From NCBI GenBank assembly GCA_024233595.1, contig JACKPK010000001.1, positions 153,260 through 217,259 on the forward strand: a stretch of 64,000 bases of DNA, read 5' to 3'. Positions 31,486 to 40,267 of the stretch are shown here, one piece after another. Each line of letters starts with the position of its first letter. Positions within the stretch are counted from its first letter, which is position 1. Source of the stretch: Deltaproteobacteria bacterium (lineage in GTDB: Bacteria > UBA10199 > JADGCS01). Below the pieces are notes generated by a model. That model saw nothing but the letters and a program-made list of their open reading frames with translations. It searched no databases and was not told the origin of the DNA. The position numbers were made by a program, and so were the translations under genes.

Positions 31486-32814
31486 TTATTCAAAAAGATC
31501 GATCATTTCTTGGACCGAGTCTTGCAACTCTTCTTTTTCGTCCACTCGTTGTTTTAAAAACTCATTCACAGGCTCAATCATTTCGATCGCGTAATCCACC
31601 GCAGGATTGCTACCCGATTCGTAAGCACCAATTAAAATCAAGTCGCGCTCTTTTTCGTAGTTGGCGACAACCTCTTTGAGTTTACGCGCAGCAAAGTTAT
31701 GTTCTTCACTGACAATGTTGGTCATGACACGCGAAACTGATTCCGAAACATTGATGGCCGGGTAATGCCCTTGATTCGCCAAATCGCGACTCATCACAAT
31801 GTGACCATCTAAAATGGAACGCACTTCATCGGCCACAGGCTCGTTCATGTCATCGCCTTCTACCAACACGGTGTAAAACGCGGTGATCGAACCTTTGTCA
31901 GAGTTACCTGTGCGCTCCAAAAGTTTAGGCAGAGTCGAAAACACTGACGGCGTAAAACCTTGTCGCGCAGGAGGCTCACCAACTGCCAAACCGATTTCAC
32001 GCAGAGCTCTGGCAAAACGTGTGACCGAATCCATCATCAATAAAACTTTTCTGCCTTGATCACGAAAATACTCTGCAATGGCTGTTGCCACATAAGCCGC
32101 TTTGGCACGCACCAAAGAAGGCTGATCTGAGGTTGAGCAAATCACCACACTGCGCTGCAAACCTTCTTCGCCAAGATCATGCTCAATGAAATCACGCAGC
32201 TCTCGTCCCCGTTCACCCACCAGACAGATCACGTTGATTTCGGCTTCGGTGTTTCGCGCAATCATGCCCATTAAGGTTGATTTACCAACACCGGCTGCCG
32301 CAAAGATCCCCACACGCTGACCTTCGCCCGTTGTGAGCATGGCATCAATGGCTTTGACACCAACCGAAATCGGCTGTGTGATGCGTCGTCTTTTTAAAGG
32401 ATCCGGTGGCGTGTTGTTCACCGGGTAATAATCGTCGGGCTCAATAGGCCCTTTGGTGTCGACATCAACTGGATCACCAAGACCATCTAGAACACGGCCG
32501 CGCAATTTATCGCCAACAGGAACGCGCAGACAATCGCCGGTTGGCAAAACATCGTTACCGGGACCAATGCCTTCTAAATCGCCAAGTGGCATGAGCAAAA
32601 CGTCTTTGTCTTTAAAGCCAACAACTTCAGCTTTGATGGTTTTATTAAGATTTTGAATTTGAATGAAACAAAGCTCGCCCACTCGCACATTGGGAACAAC
32701 GGCTTTGACAATGAGGCCTGTGAGTTCTTTGACCTTTCCCTTCACGCGATAAACCGGTGCCCTACGAATAGCCTCGCGCTGCTTCGAAAAATTGATTTCG
32801 GGAAAGCTGATCAC
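31486..32814 (-). CDS. sctN: T3SS ATPase (SctN/FliI family)
   Basis: GIFAAAGVGKST Walker A, VGERGRE, MDSVTRFARA, GEPP, DEVRSILDGHI, HYPAINV. Confidence 0.96.
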   Translation of the reverse strand: MISFPEINFSKQREAIRRAPVYRVKGKVKELTGLIVKAVVPNVRVGELCFIQIQNLNKTIKAEVVGFKDKDVLLMPLGDLEGIGPGNDVLPTGDCLRVPVGDKLRGRVLDGLGDPVDVDTKGPIEPDDYYPVNNTPPDPLKRRRITQPISVGVKAIDAMLTTGEGQRVGIFAAAGVGKSTLMGMIARNTEAEINVICLVGERGRELRDFIEHDLGEEGLQRSVVICSTSDQPSLVRAKAAYVATAIAEYFRDQGRKVLLMMDSVTRFARALREIGLAVGEPPARQGFTPSVFSTLPKLLERTGNSDKGSITAFYTVLVEGDDMNEPVADEVRSILDGHIVMSRDLANQGHYPAINVSESVSRVMTNIVSEEHNFAARKLKEVVANYEKERDLILIGAYESGSNPAVDYAIEMIEPVNEFLKQRVDEKEELQDSVQEMIDLFE

Positions 32815-33491
32815 GAATGCCCTCCCAATGCTTTTTTAATCGCTTCCATTTGCACATCAAAATTAGCATCAATGGTGCCAATTTCTGATTCGATCACACA
32901 ACCATTGGGAGCCACGTTTTCGGAAGGACGAAGTTGAATGGTTTGAATGGCCTGCAAACCTTGCTGCAAAGCTGACTGACGTTCTTTAAGACGCTGGTAG
33001 TCTTCGGGGTTTAAATAGATGATGAGCTCGCTGCCCATAGCCGCATGCAAAGATTGCCGAATCATACTCAAAAACAAATCATCGTCTTTTTTAAGGCCCT
33101 CACCCAAAACCTTGTGAGCGATCTCGTAAACCAAATCCAAGGCTTCGCCTTCGAGCTGTTTTAAATACTCTTGCTTGTCTTTTTCCCAAGCCACTAGTTT
33201 TTGGGTGATCTCAGCATGACCTTCCGCACGGCCTTGCTCATAACCTTTTTCTTTGGCTTCTTTGATTTTTTGTTCGACCTTTAAGTAAACCGATTTAGCG
33301 TGGTCTAAAATTTTAGCGGCGTCTTTGCGAGCTTCCTCTAAAATGCTTTTCACTTTGGAACGCGATGCCATTTCTTCTGCCGAAAGAACCTTGCGCGCCT
33401 TTTCCATTTCGGGCTTGGGCGCCATATCAAATTGCTCTTCGAGTTTAAGCGATTCTTCTAGTTTATCTTTTTTAATGACCTTAGAAGCCAT
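32811..33491 (-). CDS. sctL: SctL/FliH stator protein
   Basis: AKEKGYEQGRAEG repeats, IYLNPED, GCVIESEIGTIDA. Confidence 0.9.
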   Translation of the reverse strand: MASKVIKKDKLEESLKLEEQFDMAPKPEMEKARKVLSAEEMASRSKVKSILEEARKDAAKILDHAKSVYLKVEQKIKEAKEKGYEQGRAEGHAEITQKLVAWEKDKQEYLKQLEGEALDLVYEIAHKVLGEGLKKDDDLFLSMIRQSLHAAMGSELIIYLNPEDYQRLKERQSALQQGLQAIQTIQLRPSENVAPNGCVIESEIGTIDANFDVQMEAIKKALGGHS

Positions 33492-33505
33492 CCCAACTCC
33501 TTCAA

Positions 33506-34444
33506 TTAATTTTGCAACACCGCTGTCATCGCGGCGATCACCTCTTCGCGATAAGCTAAAGCACTGGCCTCTGTGTTACTGCCCATTTGCTCCTGAGCCA
33601 ATTTGCGTAATTGCTTTGCCAAAACCAAAGGGAACATTTTTTCGATGATGCCCAAGTCTGATTCCTCTTTGGCCAAAATAGATTTAGAAAAAACCACAAA
33701 GCCCAGTCCCATCACAAATTCTTTTCCGGACGATTGTTTGTCCTGAGCATCGGATACATTTTGCTGCGCTAATTTGATGCGCTCTGGTGAAACACGGTCT
33801 CCCTTTTTTAAATAATCGGCCACAGCAGAGCGAACCTCGGCGGGAAAGCGTTTGAGCATGATGCTGCGTGTGCCCTCGGGCAAAGTTCTTAAACCCAAAG
33901 ACAATTCGCGGTAACCCAAATTTAAAAACACTTGCTGCACTTTACGCTGCCCAAGCAAAGGCAGGTGATTCATTTCTAGGGTTTCGCCTTTGCGATAAAC
34001 ACGATCGACAGCGAATAGGTTTTCGAAGCGTTGCTGTAACATCAGAAGCAAAATGGGACTCACCGAAAAAGTCTTTTTCATTTTGGGCATCTTGGATGAA
34101 ACCTCTGGAGGCAGGCGATCTAAAATACGTTTGGCGCGATCAACAGGCAAATAACGCAAAACAATCGCCACCATGGCAGGTGATTCTTTAAGTAAAATCT
34201 CGACCAACCAATCGTCATGCACATCGTTTAAATAGGTCTGGCTTTGACGTTTGACCAAACGCATGAGTTCGCTATGCGCCACCGCTTTGATGTTTTCGTG
34301 ACTCAAAGAAGCGATCTGATCGTAAAGCTTTTGTAACTGCGATTTGAGCTGCGTGTTTAGGTACGAAAAATACTGAACCGCGTTTTGCGGGTGGTCTTTG
34401 AGAACCAGTAAAAAGAAGGCTTTGTCACGCAGGGATAAACTCAT
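33506..34444 (-). CDS. FliG-middle-domain-like / SctK-position protein
   Basis: LLKESPAMVAIVLRYLP resembles the FliG EHPQ helix; sits upstream of sctL, where SctK normally lies. Confidence 0.55.
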   Translation of the reverse strand: MSLSLRDKAFFLLVLKDHPQNAVQYFSYLNTQLKSQLQKLYDQIASLSHENIKAVAHSELMRLVKRQSQTYLNDVHDDWLVEILLKESPAMVAIVLRYLPVDRAKRILDRLPPEVSSKMPKMKKTFSVSPILLLMLQQRFENLFAVDRVYRKGETLEMNHLPLLGQRKVQQVFLNLGYRELSLGLRTLPEGTRSIMLKRFPAEVRSAVADYLKKGDRVSPERIKLAQQNVSDAQDKQSSGKEFVMGLGFVVFSKSILAKEESDLGIIEKMFPLVLAKQLRKLAQEQMGSNTEASALAYREEVIAAMTAVLQN

Positions 34445-34545
34445 AATTAATTGTTATTCTTAATGAAAACACCAAATAAGTCCATCACTTAATCCACCCC
34501 GTGGGGCATTTCTTCGCCCTTTGCAAAAAGACCCGAAAGAGCGGC

Positions 34546-35037
34546 TTAAACCTGTTGCTGGAGTACTGTGTTGAGGTTTTGCGAAACCGATTGTGCTAGC
34601 TTAGAGAACATCTCGGTATTGATGGTGAGAGTCCCGATGCTAGCCTGGTAAGCAAGCAATTGTCGACGGCTGACCTTGGTGTTCGATGAGGAAAGCACTT
34701 CGATGATGGAGTCCATTTTGAGCACATCGCTATTCACCTGCGTGAAAAGATTTTGCACCCATTCTTTGCTGCTTCCAGGAACACGACCTGCCAATTCGCC
34801 TTCTGAAATGTTGATTTGGATATCATCAGCAGGAATGGCATTGATTTGATTCAACGCGGGCGATTTGTCTGTGACCGAGCTCGAAAGCTTTTCTAAAAAA
34901 CTATTATCTTGTTTTGTTTTTAAAACATCATCAAAGGATTTTGCGCCTGTTTGACCAGGATTCAATCCACCAGGCTTAAGGTTACTCACCTTTTGAGCCA
35001 GTCTCATATTCAGTTTTTTGATGATGGGATCAGTCAT
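34546..35037 (-). CDS. Putative inner-rod protein (SctI/HrpB2-like)
   Basis: C-terminal LLAYQASIG...EMFSKLAQSVSQNLNTVLQQQ helix pair typical of rod/needle subunits. Confidence 0.55.
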   Translation of the reverse strand: MTDPIIKKLNMRLAQKVSNLKPGGLNPGQTGAKSFDDVLKTKQDNSFLEKLSSSVTDKSPALNQINAIPADDIQINISEGELAGRVPGSSKEWVQNLFTQVNSDVLKMDSIIEVLSSSNTKVSRRQLLAYQASIGTLTINTEMFSKLAQSVSQNLNTVLQQQV

Positions 35038-35056
35038 TGTGTCGTTCCTTAAAAAC

Positions 35057-35842
35057 TTAAGAGAGTTCCTCTTTGTTCATTGTGCTCATGCGTTTGAACA
35101 TTAAATCTAAGGCCCGTGCGTGCAAGCGAGAGGTCCAAGATTTTGATAAATTCAATTGGTCGCCGATCTCTTCCATGGTTTTATTTTGGAAGTAATACAT
35201 TTTAATCAGTTTGCGTTCTTTATCGGGCAATCCTTCAATAGCACCGCAAACTTTTTCTTTAACCTTTTGAAACTCAGCTTTACGCTCAATTTCTTCGTTG
35301 GCTTTTTTATCTTCGACTTCAAAGTCTTCTAAGCTGTCGATGCTCATCACGTAAATCGAAGCCACAGCGTTCACGTCTTTGTTAATGTCGCCAAGCTCTT
35401 TACGGTAAAAGCGCGATTTAGCATCGTCGCGGCCTTCATTGGCTTTTAAGTATTCGTTAGCCGCTTGCTCAAACTTTATTTTAGAGTACAGAGAGCGTGG
35501 AATCCACCCTGTTTTTCGCAAACCATCATAAACAGCGCCTTTAATGCGGTAATAAGCAAATGTTCTAAAATCGACGCCAAACTTTTCATCATAACGCTTA
35601 GCAGCTTCTAACAAGCCCAAACGCGCGTTACAAAGAATGTCATCAAAATCGACTTCTGATGGAAAAGACCGCGCGAGCTTAGCCGCAATCGACGTTGCGT
35701 AAGGAAGATATTGCTCTACCAAAGCATCGCGTTCCGCGTTCACTTCTTGGTTTTCCACCGCGTCTTCTAATAATTCTTGTTTTTGTGTCACAGCCACCTG
35801 CTGCTCTTCTAATCCTAAGTTGTTCTCTTGTATGTCTTGCAT
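35057..35842 (-). CDS. FliA/WhiG-family sigma-28 factor heading the T3SS cluster
   Basis: Region 2 (LVEQYLPYA, GLLEAAKRYD, FAYYRIKGAVYDGLR) and region 4 (LPDKERKLIKMYY...LSKSWTSRLH); AGGAGG RBS before ATG 35842. Confidence 0.92.
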   Translation of the reverse strand: MQDIQENNLGLEEQQVAVTQKQELLEDAVENQEVNAERDALVEQYLPYATSIAAKLARSFPSEVDFDDILCNARLGLLEAAKRYDEKFGVDFRTFAYYRIKGAVYDGLRKTGWIPRSLYSKIKFEQAANEYLKANEGRDDAKSRFYRKELGDINKDVNAVASIYVMSIDSLEDFEVEDKKANEEIERKAEFQKVKEKVCGAIEGLPDKERKLIKMYYFQNKTMEEIGDQLNLSKSWTSRLHARALDLMFKRMSTMNKEELS

Positions 35843-36234
35843 CTGGCCTCCTTTTTCACGAACACACCTAGTAAAAGCAGAGACCATGCCAATTTGTGAC
35901 GAAGAACGCGGATTTTCTTATTTTTTTTGATTTCAAACGAAATCAGTCAAAAATAACAAATAAAAACAAAAGCTTAAAAAACAAGCTCACCAAAGACCCA
36001 ACAGCCTCTTGGTGGCTTTGGGGCAGAAAACAACGATGATCATTGAGGTTTTTCGGGGGATTCGTCCCCCAGTCCCAGGGGGAACTGTCCCAAGTGTGGG
36101 ACTGGTGAGACAGCATTTGTCCAAATTTTTTAACTCAAGGTTGCAAAAACCCGGTAATATAGAAGTCTCGCTTTGCGATGGAATTTGGAAGACGGAGTCA
36201 ATTGAAATAAGGTAAAAACGGAAGACGGAGTAAA

Positions 36235-36996
36235 ATGTACCGAATGCCAAAGACAATCCATCCGTTGGATTTTCCAGATGATTTTTCGACCACACGCGAG
36301 GGTTTGCTCGCCGTTGGCGGAAATCTGCACCCAATCACCATCATCAATGCTTACGCCAAAGGGATTTTTCCTTGGTTCAATGACGACGACCCCATTTTAT
36401 GGTGGCACCCTCACCCACGCATGATCATTCCTCCGTCTGCGGTGCACATCAGCAAAAAAATGAAGAAGCTTTTGAACAAAACCGCCTTGCGGCCTTGTTT
36501 TGAACCGGGGCGTGACGAGCTTTACCAAATCACGCTGAACCAAGATTTTATGCGGGTCATCAACGAATGCGCCAACAAACGGGACAAGAACCGCACCGAC
36601 ACCTGGATCACAGACGAAATGGCATCCACTTACATCACCTTGCACGAAATGGGTTTTGCTCATTCGGTTGAGGTTTGGAATCAAAATGGCGAATTGGTGG
36701 GTGGTGTTTATGGCGTGGCCATTGGCAAAGCCTTTTTTGGCGAATCCATGTTCAGCCACGAAACAAACACATCGAAGCTAGCCTTGATTCATCTTTGCCA
36801 ATTCATCGATCAACAGGGCTTCACATTGCTCGACTGCCAAATTGAAAACCCTCATCTGGTGACCCTGGGTGGTAAAAACATCGCACGCTCTAAGTTTTTA
36901 AAATTATTGAATCAGGCCGAGACAAACCTCAAACAACCTTCTTTGGCCTTTCCCAGCCACCAAACCTTGCGGCAAGTTTCTTCAGCCGGTGCATAA
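36235..36996 (+). CDS. aat: Leucyl/phenylalanyl-tRNA--protein transferase
   Basis: GLLAVGGNL, AYAKGIFPWF, ILWWHP, TWIT, AHSVEVW, GGVYGV, FFGESMFS, DCQ. Confidence 0.95.
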   Translation: MYRMPKTIHPLDFPDDFSTTREGLLAVGGNLHPITIINAYAKGIFPWFNDDDPILWWHPHPRMIIPPSAVHISKKMKKLLNKTALRPCFEPGRDELYQITLNQDFMRVINECANKRDKNRTDTWITDEMASTYITLHEMGFAHSVEVWNQNGELVGGVYGVAIGKAFFGESMFSHETNTSKLALIHLCQFIDQQGFTLLDCQIENPHLVTLGGKNIARSKFLKLLNQAETNLKQPSLAFPSHQTLRQVSSAGA

Positions 36997-37073
36997 AATT
37001 GAACCCCTTAGCACGCCCAAAAGCGTTCTGTTCCTAAACCACAGGATTTTCACACCAAACAGGGGACGCTTTT

Positions 37074-37440
37074 ATGAAGGTCATCTTACGCATCATTTTA
37101 CTCTTAATGAGTTTGTTTATTATTCTTACCGGCACACCGGCTTATGCCCATGTGTTTTTTGATGGCGACACCGAATGGGACGCGTCTCAAATTCTTCTCA
37201 CGGATATCAATGGCAATGATGATTTTGATCTGATTGTGAGCTTCCCAAGCTGGAGCGAGGAAGCCAATGAGAATGGCGCGGTGTTTGTTTTATAGATGCT
37301 GAAAACTTTAGCGAACTGATTCAGATGATGCCGATTATTTGGTTTTGGGCGAAACGACGACGCGCATCTTGGACAAAGCATAACGCTGATAGACGACATG
37401 GATGATGAGGATTCCCTGGACAGGAAATGAGTGAATGATA
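37074..37440 (+). pseudogene. FG-GAP/integrin-like repeat protein remnant
   Basis: Signal peptide, DINGNDDFDLIVSFP...NGAVFV, stop, then LGQSITLIDDMD in a downstream frame. Confidence 0.55.
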
Positions 37441-37564
37441 GCGAAACTGAAATCATCAACTCGCGCACCTGGTCTGTTATGCCTTGAAAAAAATCGCGTG
37501 AACGACTCAGAAACACATGCAGCGGTTTATGAGTGTGAATGTCGGCGTGGTCACGATGTGGATC

Positions 37565-40267
37565 TCACTGAACCAAGAAAAACCCAGGGTTTAACACAGG
37601 TTGGTTGGTGATTTGGGAACGCTCTTCTGTTATTTTTTGCCTGAACAACGGCGTGGCAAACATCAATGATCGATTAATAACATTTGGTAGTATTCTAAAT
37701 CCGCAATGTGCTCTGAATAAATTTTGTCCGAGCAATGCTACGATGCCGGCGCGTGGCGTCTTCGGTTTATTTCTATTGAACGCCCTGCTTTTTAAAATAG
37801 CTTCCATTTTCTCGCAGATAAAAACAACCGGTCATGAGGTGTCATTGCGAAGGAAAATCTGCGTGACTAAACTCAAAGGCTTCTTGCTAACAGACAAATT
37901 GTCTTCATTAAAATCATAAACCTCTAACAAGAGGTAAAGAGATTCTACAAGAGACTGGCTGTATGATTTGAGCCATTAAATTTTGAACAAAAGTCTGGAT
38001 TAATTTACAGGTCTTCGCTAACTGAATATAATCAATGCGCTCCAAAACTATTTTAAATCAATGAGCCAATTGCCAGGATGACCATCGGGATCAAAAACAC
38101 TGCATTTTCAAAACTTTGAGTTCCGCTTCAAAAATTTCCCGTGCGACACCTTGCTGCAACACTTTATCATTAGAAGCAAGCCTTGTGTATTAATGAGTTT
38201 GCTAAATCGCCACTTCTTTCTTCACTTTGTATGATAACAACTGTACTCTATTAAGGGCGTGCCACGTTAACTGAAAACTGTCGCCCATTGCCAGCAGCGC
38301 GCTGCATAGCTTGCCTGCATCATCATACGACGATTCATACTCCAGATTCAGCTCGACGCCGTCTTTGAGACAGAGTCGCCGCGCATGAGATCGTGCTTCA
38401 TCAATCATGCGAAACACGCCGCACTTCAGGCTCAGCATTTTCGGATAACGCAGAAAGCGCCTTGATCCAAATGCGATTTTCAAGGCAATCATTGGTTCAG
38501 CGTTTCATAGCAAACAATTGCCGCTTCTTGCGGCTCGGTCTCACCCATTCTTAAGGCTGCATGGATGCCTCCATAACAAAATTCCGGAACCGGACCAAGC
38601 AAATCACCAGAATAGTGCACTAACAAATCTTTGCCAAAGCAGCCTCAGAAGATCCATGATCTACCCCAAAAAGGCAGCAACGCAATGTCAAATAGGCATA
38701 TCCAGTTCAACTCTGGTTTCAGGCATTCACCATACACTGGTGCGAGAATCTGCTTAACCTTGATCTAAAGGCCCATATGGCTTCTAAAATGGTTTGAGCC
38801 TAGGTTGTTTGTCTTGCTATCGGCCATAGGCTAAAATGTAACCAGAATCTGCGCTGAGCAAGCCACAGGCATAAGATGGGCGTGAAAAAATTGATCTAAA
38901 AATAGTTTCATCTGCATATTTTCCAAGCACCAGATAACGCCAAATCAGTCGCTAATTCCGAATCTGATAACACACCCTGGTTTTCGTCGATCAGAGGCTG
39001 CATAGTGTACATGCGCGCGTGAATTGCGCCTCGTTAAAAGCACTTGCTCTCGCTGTTGCACGGTATTCGCTTGGCGAAATCTTATTTTCTCCATTTTCTA
39101 CAGAAAAGCGCTTTTAAGTTAGAATATCCCACTTGCACCTAGTAAACGAATAACAGCAAGCCTGTGATAATTATTAAACAACCTCATTCATTTTTGATGA
39201 ACAAGGTCAGCAATACCAATTGACGGTTTTTGCAATTATCCTGATTGATTTTTCTTTGATCTAAGAACAGTTTCTGCAAAACTACAAAGATTTTTGCTAC
39301 AGAGTTTCAATACATCATTCTTAAGAATGCAGGGTTTAGGAAGCATTTCATCTAATGTCACTGCAAGAGCTTGAACAAAAGGTCTTATTTCCTCTACCTT
39401 TGGCCTGTTGCGTTCTCTCTTTCTAACCTCATCTTCTAAACTTGAAATGTCATGAAACTGATCCAACTGCCATAAAATGAATTGTTTTTTATTTTCTTCT
39501 TAAAACAATCTCTTGTGGAAATCTGTAACCAACAAGTTTTTCTTTTCTTCTAACATCTTCAATTTTTCCCCAAATGAATTCAAAAGCTCGTCACTTGCTT
39601 TCGAAGAATCGAATACCCTAACAGTAACAACAAATAACCGCAACAGCTCATCGGCAGAGAGTTGTTGCCAAAAACCTATCAAAGGCCATTTCCTTAAAAT
39701 CAGAAACAGAAATAATTTAATCCTGCCATTAATTGTTAACGCTATCTATATTTTTCTCACGACCTTGATCGAAGAACATCGACCATGGTCAAATAGAGCT
39801 ACAAACAGTCTTTTGTAGAAATTTTTGATTATAAAAACATTTAAATCATCAGCAAAATCATCAACAGCAGATCAAAATTTGGCATCTTAACACCATTGAA
39901 AAATCTCTTAGGTAAGAGATAAATTGATACTTATCAAATTCATCAGAAAGTCCTTGATAAAACCCATCCAATACTCAAACGCTCACTTGTAAGCGAGTCG
40001 ATGCCTATGATTAAATTTTTAGAGAGTTGCTCAGTTCGTAAACCTTTGGTTGTCTTTAGGATTGCAAACAACAGCTTGTAGCGCAAACACGGCATCTTTG
40101 TATTGATTAATTTGGAGCCAATCACAAACGAAAAATCAAAGCAACATCATCTTGAGTCAATTCTCCATTTTCCGGTCTCTGCATGCTTGAAACTTTGGTT
40201 CTAGATACGTGTCTTTAAACAAAACAAAGTTCAAAAAACCTTGCTGCCCTGCTCTATAGAGCTGATG
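37565..40267 (-). pseudogene. Indel-broken coding region with ABC1/AarF/UbiB kinase motifs, probably the 3' half of the upstream M48 gene
   Basis: Ordered motifs across frames: IKVKQILA (38764-38741), IALKI (38489-38475), ELNLEYE (38354-38334), DPDGHPGNW (38092-38066), IDY (38036-38028). Confidence 0.6.

Noticed and set aside
30996-31679. 227-aa Ser-rich plus-strand ORF
   Set aside because: Antisense mirror of the Glu/Lys-rich sctO coiled coil; the same reasoning applies to most short overlapping ORFs in the track.
26402-35842. Ordinary flagellar biosynthesis operon
   Set aside because: No flagellin, hook, rod (flg), fliF, flhA/B or mot genes in the window, and the gene order is injectisome-like; not fully excluded without phylogeny.
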